63,657 nucleotides of DNA, filler included, from Xylographa opegraphella (GCA_022813865.1; 3 parts of 3 records of this genome joined end to end with filler, not necessarily neighbours in it); one strand, 5' to 3'. Positions 11,366 to 24,114 are shown, counted from the whole stretch's first letter. The notes: generated by a model from the sequence alone, not told the origin. Numbers and translations are program-made.

Positions 11366-14300
11366 ATGCCTGGCAGACAGTCTACAGGTCCCGCAGCACA
11401 AAAGAAGCGGCGACCCAAAAAGCAGAAAAAACAGCGCTCTTTGAATGCCCTTGCCATTGCGGAGCAGCAACACCCAGGGAAAGTCAATGTCCGCAGGCAT
11501 CGTCTGGGTGAGAGCGAGCCGGACGAAACTAAGCGCAAAAGAGATGTCTCAGATGACGACGGAGATGAAGATGACGGATCTCAAGACCGCAAGCGCCCAC
11601 GAACCGGAGAAAAAGATCGTTTCGGGAATGAGATAGAAGGAGGAAGCGACAGTGAGGGAAATGCTTGGGTGACTGGGCAGGTGCACAGTGACGATGATAG
11701 CGACTTGGATAGTGACGAAGCCATGGGTGAGAGTGATGAGGAACGGTTCGAGGGCTTTACGTTCCGAGGTAGCTCAAGCACAAACCATACACAGAAGAGG
11801 AGGGGTTCTACAAGCCGATCAATTAACGATGCGACCCGGACTGAAGATATAGATTTGGACGAAGGGGACGAGGATGAGAACGATCTAGATGATGAGAGTG
11901 AAGGCTTTGCCGAGGAGGCTATTGATCTGGCTACAATGCTGGACGATAGTGATGATGGTCAGCTTGATGTGCCTCCTGGATCAATGGAACATCGCGATAA
12001 TTCCGGAGACAGTTTGTCAGATGCTGACGATGACAATTCTTTTGATGAGCGCGAGTCCACGTTAACTCTGTCAGATACGGAAGATGGAACAAACGATACC
12101 ACCAAGCTCTCTGCTCTTCAGACTCTGGTATCTTCATTGGGTAATGGTGCCGCTACCAAAAAGCTACAAAATCGGCAGAGAGACGCACAAGAAGCGGCTA
12201 CGCCGACAGAATATGGCCTCACTCCCAGACAGAAGCTCACAGTCGCGGACCTCCTACCCACGATCACTGATCCAAAGCTAAAGAAATCATTGAAACTATT
12301 GAGCGACAATAGTACGAAGGTCAGTAAGAGAGCCGACGGTATACCGCAAAAGCTGGACGTCCCACTCGCGAAGCGGCAGCAAGATAGGCTGGATCGTGCT
12401 GCTGCTTATGCAAAAAGTAAAGAAACCTTGAACCGATGGATTGACACTGTCAAGCATAATAGGAGAGCTGAGCATCTTTCATTCCCTCTTGCTAATCCGG
12501 ATGCCGATGCTGCGAAGGACGTCAAACGACTGTTATCTAGTTCTCAAGCAAAACCAATGACAAGCCTCGAGTCCACGATTCAGAGTATCCTGGTCGACAG
12601 TGGACTTGCACCTATCGACGGCAAATCCGAAGAAGAGCAATTGCAAGCATTCGAGGAGCTTGCGCTCAATAAGGTACCTATTGAAGTAGTACAAGCACGC
12701 CGAGCAGAGCTGCGGAAGGCACGGGAGCTTCTATTTCGAGAGGAAATCCGCTCTAAGAGAATCAAGAAGATCAAGAGCAAGTCGTACAGGCGTGTCCACA
12801 GAAAGGAAAGAGAACGCAACGCTCTTCGTGACAATGAGGCGCTTGCAGCAGCTGGTGCTGACTTATCAGAGGATGAGCAGGAACGGAATGATCGTCGTAG
12901 AGCTGAGGAGCGGATGGGTGCAAGGCATCGCGAGAGCAAGTGGGCGAAAGGCATCAAGGACTCAGGACGAGCAGCGTGGGATGAAGACGCCCGAAGTGGG
13001 GTGACTGAGATGGCGAGGCGCGAGGAAGAGCTTCGGCGAAGAATAGCAGGTAAAGATATTCGTCAAGATGACGGATCTCTGGGCTCATCTTCCGATTCGA
13101 GCGACGAAGACGTTTTATCAGGCGACGATGACGAGGAGGCGAAAAATACAGGGAGATTGGCACGTAAACTACACCAGCTTGGTGAAAGCATCTCGCAGGA
13201 ACTCTCGGGTCCAGGCTCTAGACTCTCATCAATGAAATTCATGCAGAAAGCGGAAGCTGCGCGCCAAGAACAGAACAACGCCGATATCGCAAGATTGAAA
13301 CGAGAGCTTGCCGGTGAGCATTCCCCGGATGAAAGTGACGCTATAGAAGCGTCCGGCCATAGAAGTTACGGGCCAGATCAGAATAAGCCTGCCATAGCAA
13401 AGAATCCACAGTCCACAAATCGGAGCGAGTTTGAAGAGAGGATAGGATCCGAAGATGACGAACAAGAACCGCAAGCGGCTGCATCAGACCATGAAGTTGA
13501 GATCATCACAGAAACTCCGGGCCAGGCAATTGCAAAGGCGACAGCGCAAACCTCTTTACCATACTCGCAAAAGAGAAGCTCGAATAAGACTCTGTCCAAA
13601 CCGAAGTCCGCACCAACAGCCGAAGAAGAAAACCCCTGGCTACACCTCAACTTCACCAAATCCAACAACCGAGACCGCCGAGCCCGCGAGTCTGACGAAG
13701 TCCTCATTTCCGCCAACCCTGATCTATCAGTCCCAGCCCTTCAAGCACCCAGTCTACTCCCCAAATCCATCCTCAAAAGAACCACCACTGCCGCGCCCCA
13801 ACCTAAAAAGGCACATAACCCCAAACCCGCTCCCAAAGACCCACAAATCCTCCCCTCCATCTCCCCTGACTCCGACAACGACTCCTTCACCGGCTTCTCT
13901 TCAGCCTCACCTAGCACGCCCCCCTCCCTCCCTCTCACCAACCAAGAGCTCATCAACCGCGCCTTCGCAGGCGACTCCGTCCTCGCCACCTTCGCCGCTG
14001 AAAAAGCGGCCACTGCTCAGGCCGACGCGCCACTCACCATCTCCACCGCCCTCCCGGGCTGGGGCTCCTGGACCGGCGACGGTGTCTCCTCCCGCGAGCG
14101 CAAGCTCACGCAGCAGCGCAATGCGCGGTATCCACACAACAGCACCACGATCCCAGGTATCGACCCCAGTAAGCGCAAGGACGCGAAGCTGGAGAGAGTC
14201 ATTGTGAACGAGAAGCGCGTGAAGAAGAACGCGAAGTACCTAGCTAGCGAACTGCCGCATCCGTACGAGACGAGGGCGCAGTATGAGCGCAGTTTGAGGC

Positions 14301-14413
14301 TGCCTGTCGGTCCGGAGTGGACGACCAAGGAGGTTTTCCAGAGGGCGACGATGCCGAGGGTGTTGGTGCGGAAGGGGGTCGTGGTGGGCGCGATGGAGAG
14401 ACCGGTGGTTTGA
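11366..14413 (+). CDS. UTP14: U3 snoRNA-associated protein Utp14, 1015 aa
   Basis: WIDTVKHNRRAEHLSFP, KRIKKIKSKSYRRV, RAEERM..RH..SKWAK, LPGWGSWTG, PHPYETRAQYERSLRLPVGPEW. Confidence 0.95.
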   Translation: MPGRQSTGPAAQKKRRPKKQKKQRSLNALAIAEQQHPGKVNVRRHRLGESEPDETKRKRDVSDDDGDEDDGSQDRKRPRTGEKDRFGNEIEGGSDSEGNAWVTGQVHSDDDSDLDSDEAMGESDEERFEGFTFRGSSSTNHTQKRRGSTSRSINDATRTEDIDLDEGDEDENDLDDESEGFAEEAIDLATMLDDSDDGQLDVPPGSMEHRDNSGDSLSDADDDNSFDERESTLTLSDTEDGTNDTTKLSALQTLVSSLGNGAATKKLQNRQRDAQEAATPTEYGLTPRQKLTVADLLPTITDPKLKKSLKLLSDNSTKVSKRADGIPQKLDVPLAKRQQDRLDRAAAYAKSKETLNRWIDTVKHNRRAEHLSFPLANPDADAAKDVKRLLSSSQAKPMTSLESTIQSILVDSGLAPIDGKSEEEQLQAFEELALNKVPIEVVQARRAELRKARELLFREEIRSKRIKKIKSKSYRRVHRKERERNALRDNEALAAAGADLSEDEQERNDRRRAEERMGARHRESKWAKGIKDSGRAAWDEDARSGVTEMARREEELRRRIAGKDIRQDDGSLGSSSDSSDEDVLSGDDDEEAKNTGRLARKLHQLGESISQELSGPGSRLSSMKFMQKAEAARQEQNNADIARLKRELAGEHSPDESDAIEASGHRSYGPDQNKPAIAKNPQSTNRSEFEERIGSEDDEQEPQAAASDHEVEIITETPGQAIAKATAQTSLPYSQKRSSNKTLSKPKSAPTAEEENPWLHLNFTKSNNRDRRARESDEVLISANPDLSVPALQAPSLLPKSILKRTTTAAPQPKKAHNPKPAPKDPQILPSISPDSDNDSFTGFSSASPSTPPSLPLTNQELINRAFAGDSVLATFAAEKAATAQADAPLTISTALPGWGSWTGDGVSSRERKLTQQRNARYPHNSTTIPGIDPSKRKDAKLERVIVNEKRVKKNAKYLASELPHPYETRAQYERSLRLPVGPEWTTKEVFQRATMPRVLVRKGVVVGAMERPVV

Positions 14414-16142
14414 GTTGGGGGGGTGTGGTTGGGGAGGTGGTTTTATTGGACTTTGGTGTGAGATAGGAGGGAATAATATAAACATTGATATTAATTACCA
14501 AGAGTCTCCACAAACGTGTAAAGGCTTCAGTGCGTTAGGAATAAAGTGGCTCTATCGTACGCTATCTCGATGCAATGGTTACCATGATTTGGACACTGGT
14601 ATTGATATCCAGGCTGGGATCAAGAAGCATTAGGGCCATGTCGTAAACCGCTTCTTGGCACAGATGTATGCGTACTCGACTTTCATGCAAATGAATTAGC
14701 ATAAGTGTGGTCTTAACCTCATCATCTCGCGGCTCCAAGTCTGTGTGGGTCAGCATCCAGCACCAAACACAGAATAGCCCTTCCAATAAAAGCGAATCCG
14801 TTCACTAGCGCACGGAGACCCCTCGCTATGCAGCATGCCTCTGCTAGTTTTCTCCAAGGAATGGGGAAGATTCCTTGCCCTTGATAGTAGGAATCGCTCC
14901 AGCTATTGAAAGAAGCCTTTGAAGGTCAGTGCTGCATGAAAACTCGTCTGAGTTCGGTTGATATAGTTTGGCACAAACACAAATAGGTCGAAGAACCACA
15001 GCTTATCAAGATGTGCACCGATAATGCGAGAAGTAGCTTGACGTTCGAGAACATTGTTTGAATACTGCACTCAATAGCACCAGATGCAACAACGGCCTGC
15101 CTAAAAGCTCCGAGTACATAGAAGTCATTCTTACCTGCAAGATCGACCTTGCGAGTTTGTCACAATCATCGAGAAGGGGAAAAAGACCTCATCTGACGAC
15201 TCAACTTTGCGCTTGATGCCTCGACTCTATGAGAGTAGTAACTCAACAATATATGCGGCTTGCTCATTAGCAACCCTCCTTGAATTAAAGGATGCTGAGA
15301 AGCAAAGGTGATCGGTAGCAGGCTCGAGCAACGCTTTCCGTTTTGAGCTCAAACGTTTAGCATAAGTACACATACACTGTTCATTCATGATTGGGGAGAG
15401 GAACATGACATGATCGCATTCCTATTTGTTCTTATTACTTCAAGTCGGAGCCAGTGATCACGGTCATATTAATCATTAAGCTCTCAATTAGCATTAATAG
15501 GGAACGGAGCATTATATTTTTTATGACCATTGGTATTGACTCTGAAAAGCCGGTCGCTCAGTCGGCCCGACGAAGATACCCAAACAATCCAGCGCCAAGC
15601 CACTAGAGCCATTTCGGACGATACTTCAGAACAGGTCGAGGCCTACGACGTGTTCTGGAAAGTCGGTGGCTCATAACCAGTGTCAGAATATACGTGGAAG
15701 ATTTGACAAAGCGATGTGAACAACCGCCCAGACTATCAGCGCCATGGTTGGTGAATTGCTTGTGGAGCGGCACTGCAATGCCAGGAGATCGTTCACTGCC
15801 CTCTTACGTAGTTATGAGGGAATCCAACAGCGGTCTGTCTTCGATTGCTTCGGATGATCACTTCCAGCATGCAGTCCAACGATTTTCCCCACAGTGGCGA
15901 ATATGTTCCTTCAAGCAAGACGTCACTTCTGTTCTGGTGCGGGAGCCAAGTCGCACTGCATAGAGCTTTCTAGAGCTCAATTGAAGGTGACATCACAGTT
16001 TTGGAACGCTCCGTCACAGCAAGTAAAGCGGTTTAATCGACGGCCCTGTCTACATCACTGCGTGCCTGCTTCACCTTTTGCTTTCACACAAATTCACCTG
16101 CTCCCACAAGCTCAAAAGCCATTTTCTACAACTTCTACAAAT

Positions 16143-17137
16143 ATGTCAAGCACCAACAATACCGACTTCGAGCTCGCCAATGTTTTCAATGTCAAGGGCA
16201 AGGTGAGGCGAAAACTCAACCAATAATAAACATGTAAGACTAATACTGAAAGGTCGCTCTGGTCACCGGTGGAGGTAGTGGTATAGGTCTGATGTGTGTC
16301 CAAGCTCTTGCTGTCAACGGTGAGCTTGAGCTGTAACCCTGTTGAATTCAAATAAAGCTGATCAGGCATCCTTCTGCAGGTGCCAAGGTCTACATAGTCG
16401 GCCGTACAGAAGAGAAACTTGAGAATGTCGTCAAATCTCATGGCCAGAACATCGCCGGCGAAATAATCCCTCTGGTTGGCGACATCACTGCCAAGAACAG
16501 CATCAAGCAATTGGTTAAACAGATAGAATCAAAGGAGAATCACCTTGATATCTTGATCAATAATGCTGGCATAAGCAGCAACAGCCAAACTGTCGAGGCT
16601 AACACAGCGGAGGAAATGTCTAAGAATCTGTTCGACGATGAGAACGCAACATTCGAAGACTGGACAGACCCTTACCGCACTAACGTTGCTCAAGTCTTCT
16701 TCATGACCACTGCCTTCCTAACCCTCCTTGCAAAAGCTACCGAGCACCAGCACGGCTACTCTGGCACCGTGATCAACATCACATCCATCTCGGGTCTGGT
16801 CAAGTCGTCTCAACACCACTTCTCCTATAACGCGAGCAAGGGAGCCGCGATTCATCTCACGAAGCTTTTGGCGTCTGAAGTGGCAAACAACGGCGTCAAG
16901 GTTCGAATCAACTCGATCGCGCCTGGAGTATATCCCAGCGAAATGACGGCCTCGGAGAGCGATGAGAACCAGAAAAGCGAGATTCCTAAAGAGAAATACG
17001 CCGATAAAGTTCCTGCTCAGCGACCTGGTCGCGATCAAGACATGGCGGGTGCCATTCTTTTTGCCGCCACCAATCAGTATCTCAATGGACAGATTGTGGT
17101 GGTAGATGGTGGGTACTTGATAGCAGTAGGCACTTAA
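16143..17137 (+). CDS. Classical short-chain dehydrogenase/reductase; introns ~16203-16252 and 16320-16379
   Basis: Spliced FNVKGK-VALVTGGGSGIG, LINNAG, YNASKGA, RINSIAPG, LNGQIVVVDGG. Confidence 0.92.
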
Positions 17138-17749
17138 GATATTTAGCTTCCGACAAACATGGATCAAGCACAAGGTACTCCGCATCTCAACGGAGTTCTG
17201 TGTATACCTTAGGTATATGGTCAAACTAAAACGATATCAAACACACCCAGTAAACCCTAATCTGGAATGCTAGTGCCCTTTCGTTACGCGAATGTACCTT
17301 AACCTGTTTGCTTCCCACATCTCGGTTAAGTAAGGCTTCTTTGTACTTCATTATTGTTCTCTGTCATTTCATGTTCAGTCCGAGGAACGTACGGACCACC
17401 TTTTCTGCACGCACGCGTTTGTTAGGCCTCAATGGCTGTTTCTTTGTCGGGCGATCATACACAGGTCCTGAGACCGCTTTGTTTCTCTTGAAGTCTTTCC
17501 CGATGTATTCAGGATCATATCAATATTCTGCTTTGTCATGCGCATCAGTCTCCCATCTCATCAAGCTGCGGTAGCTGTTCCTGGATATAATTGCCGGGTC
17601 GTGATTTCACTCTTACGAAAAGAAAGTGACCAACTTTTGTCCAGTATTAGCTACAAATCCTCTTATCTCATCTTGCGAATCCGTTCCAAAGGCTGCACAA
17701 TTTGTGTCAGACTCCTATCATACTTTCATTTCACCTACGATCGTTGAAA

Positions 17750-18778
17750 ATGGAAGACGATAACTCTCCTGTGGTCGAAATCGATCCCAAAGGCGATGTG
17801 GTTCTGGTACTGAATATGTCGCATGCAGATAAGAGACTTCTTGTTTCCTCGAATATTCTCTCAATGGTTTCACCAGTCTTTGCTGCCATGTTCAGTTCTC
17901 AATTTAAAGAGGGCCTGCAAAATGTAATGTCCGGCATTCCTAGCAACATTACTCTCCCTGATGACGATGCCATCGCTTTCGAGATTATCTGCAATGTTGT
18001 CCATCACCAACACAAACACGTCCCGGTTGACCTGCCCTTGGAACAGGTGGTCAGCATCGCGACCATTGCCGACAAGTACGAACTTCTCGAATCATTATAT
18101 GGTTACAGTGTGCTGTGGCTTCAGTCTGGAATCAAGAATTGTGGTGGCAAACCTTATGATGCTGGGAATTGGAACAAGCTCCTATTCATTGCTTATATTC
18201 TCGATATTCCAGGGGAATTTCTCAGAATTTCATGGGAGATAATCTTGCAGCATGCTGGACCGTGTCTCAACCTTCCCGGAATTACAGATCGGGTAGATAT
18301 CAGGCACAATATCATAGGTGAGAATCTAAGTTCGCTCATTCATAATGTGAAGACTGACACACACGTAGCCGAGTTCGATGCGAGATTAGCCAAACTCCGC
18401 ACTGACCTTGTAAATGCCGTTGGTGCTGCTATATATAAGCCAATAGCGACTAATATCTGTTCCGGCAACGCCAACGCAGTTTCTAAATATCTGAAGGGTC
18501 TCGCGGCACAGCGGCTCTGGCCTCTCACGAACGCATTCAAAGATCAAAGTGTGCTCTGCGTCTACAACAAACTGGTGTCTTTTGAACCATACTGGAAGAG
18601 ATGCGGGATAGCATCTCTCTGCTTCTGTAACAACACCTCATTCATCTTTGGCGGTATCTTGCGAGATTGGAAAGATACCGCCTTCGCGCCACATTTTGGA
18701 ATTTGCTTGGATTGTGTGAAAACCGGACGTGACTCACTGCGAAAGAAGCAGTGCCGCGTTAAACACACTTTAGTGTGA
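17750..18778 (+). CDS. Fungal BTB/POZ domain protein with Cys-rich C-terminus; probable intron 18318-18368
   Basis: IDPKGDVVLV, LLVSSNILSMVSPVFAAMF, ITLPDDD, IADKY; C-terminal GICLDCVK...CR..H. Confidence 0.85.
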   Translation: MEDDNSPVVEIDPKGDVVLVLNMSHADKRLLVSSNILSMVSPVFAAMFSSQFKEGLQNVMSGIPSNITLPDDDAIAFEIICNVVHHQHKHVPVDLPLEQVVSIATIADKYELLESLYGYSVLWLQSGIKNCGGKPYDAGNWNKLLFIAYILDIPGEFLRISWEIILQHAGPCLNLPGITDRVDIRHNIIGENLSSLIHNVKTDTHVAEFDARLAKLRTDLVNAVGAAIYKPIATNICSGNANAVSKYLKGLAAQRLWPLTNAFKDQSVLCVYNKLVSFEPYWKRCGIASLCFCNNTSFIFGGILRDWKDTAFAPHFGICLDCVKTGRDSLRKKQCRVKHTLV

Positions 18779-19744
18779 TAGGTGTATCCCCAGAACGGCG
18801 TCGAAAGTCAGGATAGGTAATGAATATTGAGGATGGTTGGGATTGGGATGCTGGGTGCGAAAAGATGGCTGGTTGGATGCAATGGCAGGAAATTGAATGC
18901 GCTACAAGCAGCGAGAATGGCATCCTTCTTGGCCAAACTGGTGTCAGCAGACTTTATCCCTGAAAGGCAGTAGCATATGTAGAGCAAGTCACTCCATATC
19001 ATCTAACCGCAGCGAGCACGCTGGCAGTTCCTCTCAGAGAAATTTCGTGGCCGTTGTTGAGTCTCGCTGCTAGACATGTGGGCATTAATAGGTCTTAGGT
19101 GTTAATATTCTCACGAGGCGTCCACGAGGCACACGTGATCGCGATTCCTCGCCCTAAACATGAAAATGCTAAAATGGCCAGACCATGTACCAACGAAGGA
19201 GACCAAAGTGTATATAGGCAAATGCCTCCTCCCTCCCAGCCGCTTCAAAGCCTAATCGCCATCCCTGCACCCCATATATACACTTTCTAGAAGCCACACT
19301 CCCGTGTCTTGCATAGCATTCGTCACGACCACCATACTCCCTCTCTCCACCAGTACTTCTGATCCAGCATGCGCGAAACCATCCTGCAGTCTCCGATCTT
19401 CCCATTTGAGCGCCAGCACGATCTCTATATACGTAGATTAATGATGTTCGGTATCTTACATACTTCTACACAGTTCCGTAAGCCACCGGAAAAGCTAATA
19501 ATACACATCAGCAACAAAGCCGTTGCGTCGTGAACGTAAGCCACCGCCTCAAACCAAGCCCAATATCGTTTGTACCTTATCCTTCTCCACCTACGGAGCC
19601 GCCGTTCCACCATGGCTGTGGCACCTAATTTCCCTCTTGCGTGCTGCCCCCATTTTAATTATACGCATACATACCCATTTTAGCTGAACATGGCCTACAT
19701 CGCTTCGGCATTGGAAGTGATGTTGCAGCCCCCTCATTCCACAA

Positions 19745-22700
19745 TCAGCCTTTCCCTTCCAATTCCATGGCTGCCATGCCCTCTTCGGCTTTGGCCACCG
19801 CTTCATTTTCTTCGACAGCCACGACATCGTCCATCGCCTCATGAGCTACAGCGCTGCTTCTATCCCGCTCATCTTCCTGTAAACTCTGGCCGCTCAATTC
19901 AGCCTTCACCCCCTCCTCCACCATGCGCGCCAGCCTGTCGGAGTACACACTTATCAATCTCTCCACCGCCGACTCGCTAGCCGCTTGTCCTCTCCGCGAT
20001 CTGTCTCTTAGTGATCCCAAAGAAGTCTTCTCGTATTTGGGGTGTATTTCCCTTTGCTGTGATCTTATGGCTGCTTTTGTGGCTTCGAGCTCGCTCTCTA
20101 AATCTGCTGCCATGTTAGCGTTTAGGTGTTCCGAGACGACGGACATCTTGCTCTGAAACGCTACGAGGGATTTGTACAGCTGCTCTGCTGCTTTGTTCAG
20201 GTCGTTAAGATTATTGAGGTTGCTAATGTTGTTGGCGCTCTTAGTGCGGTTGCGTTCGTTGAACAATGGGCGCTGGCGATCGTTTGTCGGTGTGATAGGT
20301 AATGGAGGAGTTTGAAGCATGGTTCTGGTAGAGTTCAAATCGGGCGCGAGCCTGGGGATGGGACTGGCGAGTGAAGGTGCGGCCAAAGAGTAACGCGAAG
20401 GCTTTTTCCGAAGCCGTGAGGGCGATTGGCTTCGGCCAGATGGCAGTGGCAGTGGAGAAATACCATTCGCTTCCAATGATTTGTGATACTCCGCCAACGC
20501 AGATCGAGACACGACCTTTCGTAAGGGCTTGATGATGGTTGGAGTATCTTTGAGAGAGGTTGATAGGGTGGGTTCGTCTACGGGCGGGCTGTTGCTGTAC
20601 AAGATGTCCCAGAGCATTATTGTACCATCCAGACCTGTGCTTATCAAGGTATGAATAGAGCCGGTGGACTCGTCCCTTCGGCTGATTAAGGCTAGACCAG
20701 AAATACCTTCGGAATGGCCATACTCTTTTATGATAGTATTACCACTGGTGCTATCATGGATGCGTATTGATTTGTCGGCCGAGGAAGACCCCAGCAAAAC
20801 CTGAAGTGCAGGCTCACTACTGTCCAACGTCTTGGTCATGAGGTGATTTAACAGCACGGACTCATTGTTTTCATTATCCGTAACTCGCATGCTGTGTATT
20901 TGTTTCCCAGAGCTCATCTCAAACTTGTGCACGAGCTTGTCTATAGTAGAGACAACCAAGATCATGGATTTTTCCCACTCCGTTGTTACAGAAATTGGTG
21001 TTGACTTCAGCGTTATGATTCGTATTGGGATATACGCTATCGAGTTGTCTGTGGTAGCCAAAGCGTGAAGTGTGATAGTTCGATCGGACGATAACGACAA
21101 CAACGTGGCACCGTCGTTGAAAAAGCGAACTTCGTTCACAGAGCTCGCGTGGTGATCAATGGTTTGCAATAGTTCGAGATTGGAAGCCTTCTTTGCGAAT
21201 ATCTGGAGAGTTCGGTCTCTTCCACAGCTAGCTACCAGAGCTATAGGTAATGGATGAAGCTCAACCGCAATATCATTTATTTGCCCCATATGAGCCTTTA
21301 TGGGCAATGATTCGTTCCCAAGGTTGTCTGCCAGTAACCTAATCCAGATCAGCGATTTCTTGATATCCCGCTTTTGTACGTACCGTATGACGCCGGATTT
21401 ATCGCCTGCCACGTAGAAACTGCCATCATAAGAGGCTCTCACGATCGTCAGCTCATTAGGTTCTTCGTCGTCACTGCTTGGAACTTGGTCCAATGGTATT
21501 TCGAAGGCTGTTCGTCTTACACCTTCCAAAGTCCATAGAGAGACTGCACCATCAATTGACCAGGTGAAGAAGCCAGGGTCTTTCGTCTCTTGTGTTGGCA
21601 TCACACTCACACCAACTACAGCAGATCGATGTCCGTGTATCTGCCTACCATTGTGATGCACAGACCATCCCGTGACGTGGCCCTCGTTCTTATAGAGCCG
21701 TATAGAACGAGTCGAATCGATAGCTACAAGACAATTCGACAGAGAGCCTAGTGCTACAAGACCCAAAGTGTCTTCTGCCGTAGAGGTCGTGCTGGACGAT
21801 GAGTTGCTTGCGGATCGATCTTTTCTCGAGGTAGTTTCCAGTTGTGTCAGTTCATCAATGTTCATGCTATGGATATCTGTACCCCTTCCACTAACCCAGA
21901 GCTGATCAGTAGAATGGTCTATTGTTATACACCTGATACTGAAGTCGACACTGGAGACCTGATAAAGTCTCTGCATACGTTCGCTATCGTCGAGCAAACA
22001 TATTGACCCTCGATCGGTGCACAGCACTGCTCTTGAATCTGACAAAGGCCGAACGCAGGTAAAGGTAGCCTCGAGCAATGGCCCTAAAAGGCAATTCCTA
22101 CCCGGTAATGTCCTGGGCCCAGGACTGGAAGGGAACATTGGCTCTGCATTTTCTAGTTTGAATCTTGTTTTTGAGGGTGAAGCAGGCGCTGATTGGTTCA
22201 GGCGCCAGAGCTTAACTGTCCGAGTACCCACGGAGATTACGCTATTTCCCATCCACGCAATATCTTCCACAGAGGAGATACATTTGTTACTAGAATGCAA
22301 CCTCAAACTACCAGTCTTCTGGCTGACCGTCCAAAGATAGACAAACCCATCATGTGGATCGCCAACGGAACAAAGCCAACGAGAATCTTGTGAGAAGGCG
22401 AGGCACCGAACACCAAAAGTGTGCTCTGATAAACATGCGAGTGGATCTGCGACATCATTGGTCGTTGAATAGATAAGTATTCGCGGATTATATCCTGTCT
22501 ATCGTAGTTAGCCTTAGTTTTAACTTGGTGCCGCATGCTGTATACCTCGCCCACAGCTAGCAGCCGACCGTCTGGACTCAATGAAACACATGAAGTGGCT
22601 CGTGTCTTCTGCCTGATATTGGCTCTTCCAGGCGAAACACCTTGATCTACTTGTGGTGATCTCGTAGCACCTATTCCAAAAGTCTTACGGCGTAACGAGC

Positions 22701-23088
22701 CCACTAGGTGGGTACGCGGCTCAGGTGTACTGGCGGCAGCTTTACTATCATGATTCGAAGAAGCACTGTGGGGCACCGATGACCCTTCTCGTGACCTGAA
22801 GAATTTCTGAACCACCTTAAGCTCGCTGTCGACATGTGTCACGACTGCTGCAGAGCCGGCACAAGTCGCGAAGCTAGAATTTGCAAAATTGCAATCGAAC
22901 CCCCGGGAAGAGTACGTCGTGGTACCAATGATTGACTTCAGTGCCAGAGTAAGTTCTCCTTGTTGTGACTGCCTCTTGGAAGGTGTCTGAGTAGTCTCTT
23001 GCAGCTGGATAGCTTTTGGCGTGTGACTAGGAGTCGACTGGGCCATTGGCTGGCTCATCCATAAGCCACCAGTAGATGTATTGGCCAT
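19745..23088 (-). CDS. WD40-repeat protein of the MAPKBP1/WDR62-like fungal family; introns near 22545-22497 and 21383-21339
   Basis: LKSIIGTT, FATCAGSAAVV, VSLSPDGRLLAVGE, VASCGRDRTLQIF, SLSSDRT, EYGHSEGIS, ISTGLDGTIMLWD; Ser/Pro-rich and coiled-coil tail. Start codon uncertain. Confidence 0.85.
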
Positions 23089-23632
23089 TCGACGGGCTCA
23101 CACAGCACGCGCTTTGACAAAATAGAATGAGAGGAAATCAACACCGTCCATTGACGAGAAGCAGTCAATTGCTCGAATTGTAAACACTCGGAAGACTTCT
23201 GGGAGCCATTAAAAGGAAAAGTACTGTCCTCAGTCATTGACGCCGCAATAGTCATACACATGCTCATCCTATATCAGACCTCCATCAGACATGAAACAAA
23301 ATGCTCGCAGGCTTTTAAAAACTCAGCGGCACTTTATGAAAAGCATCACAAACGCCTTGAGGAAGTCGCGTCGCGCGGTATGTGCGTCGCGACGATTTTC
23401 CTCAATCGATAGGATATGGCGTAAGACTAGGTCCTACGCCCCATCTATTAGCGTATGCAATAACCGTGCATTTCCTTGGCGCTCAACTTCCCCCCCCACC
23501 CCTCAAAAATGTAATCATGCAATGATTTTAAATCATTTTTACAGGTTTTTCTCACTGATTATTCTTATTTAATATAATATTCTTATTATTTATATAGATT
23601 TCGCAGCCCCCGCTGGCCCCGTAGCTTCTATA

Positions 23633-23953
23633 GCCCTCGCTGCCCTCGCTGCCCTCGCTGCCCTCGCTGCCCTCGCTGCCCTCGCTGCCCTCGCTGCCCT
23701 CGCTGCCCTCGCTGCCCTCGCTGCCCTCGCTGCCCTCGCTGCCCTCGCTGCCCTCGTTGTCCCCGTAGGCCCCGCAGTCTTCGCTAAACTCGTTGCCCCT
23801 GCTGCTTTCGTAGTTTTCGTCGTAGCTTTTAGTATTTTTACAGCCTTTACTACCTCCGTAGCCTGCGAAAACTATAAAAATAGCGGGGCCAGCGAGGGCA
23901 GCGAGGGCAGCGAGGGCAGCGAGGGCAGCGAGGGCAGCGAGGGCAGCGAGGGC
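23633..23953. repeat. (GCCCTCGCT)x~14 followed by inverted (AGCGAGGGC)x>=7
   Basis: Direct reading: arrays at 23633-23758 and 23891-23953, the second truncated by Ns. Confidence 0.95.
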
Positions 23954-24053
23954 NNNNNNNNNNNNNNNNNNNNNNNNNNNNNNNNNNNNNNNNNNNNTTA
24001 ATTAATTAANNNNNNNNNNNNNNNNNNNNNNNNNNNNNNNNNNNNNNNNNNNN
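23954..24053. other. Artificial contig spacer N44-TTAATTAATTAA-N44
   Basis: Exactly 100 bp with a six-frame stop linker; identical to 47771-47870. Confidence 0.95.
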
Positions 24054-24114
24054 TGGTGAAATGCTGGGGGGGTGTGCATTGGCATCGGGCCGTGCATTAA
24101 CCCGGGAAAACTCC

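Noticed and set aside
17251..17260. TAAACCCTAA as a telomerase RNA template; long intergenic regions, including those near NBP35, also checked
   Set aside because: Only ~500 bp before the BTB gene, and no TAACCCTAA template seen in any long intergenic interval.
18800..19700. Short ORFs between the BTB and WD40 genes (also 46216-47300, 51530-52460)
   Set aside because: No motifs or consistent splice structure; treated as UTR or intergenic.
23954..24053. TTAATTAATTAA within Ns as a biological motif (also 47771-47870)
   Set aside because: Fixed 100-bp six-frame-stop linker added during scaffolding.
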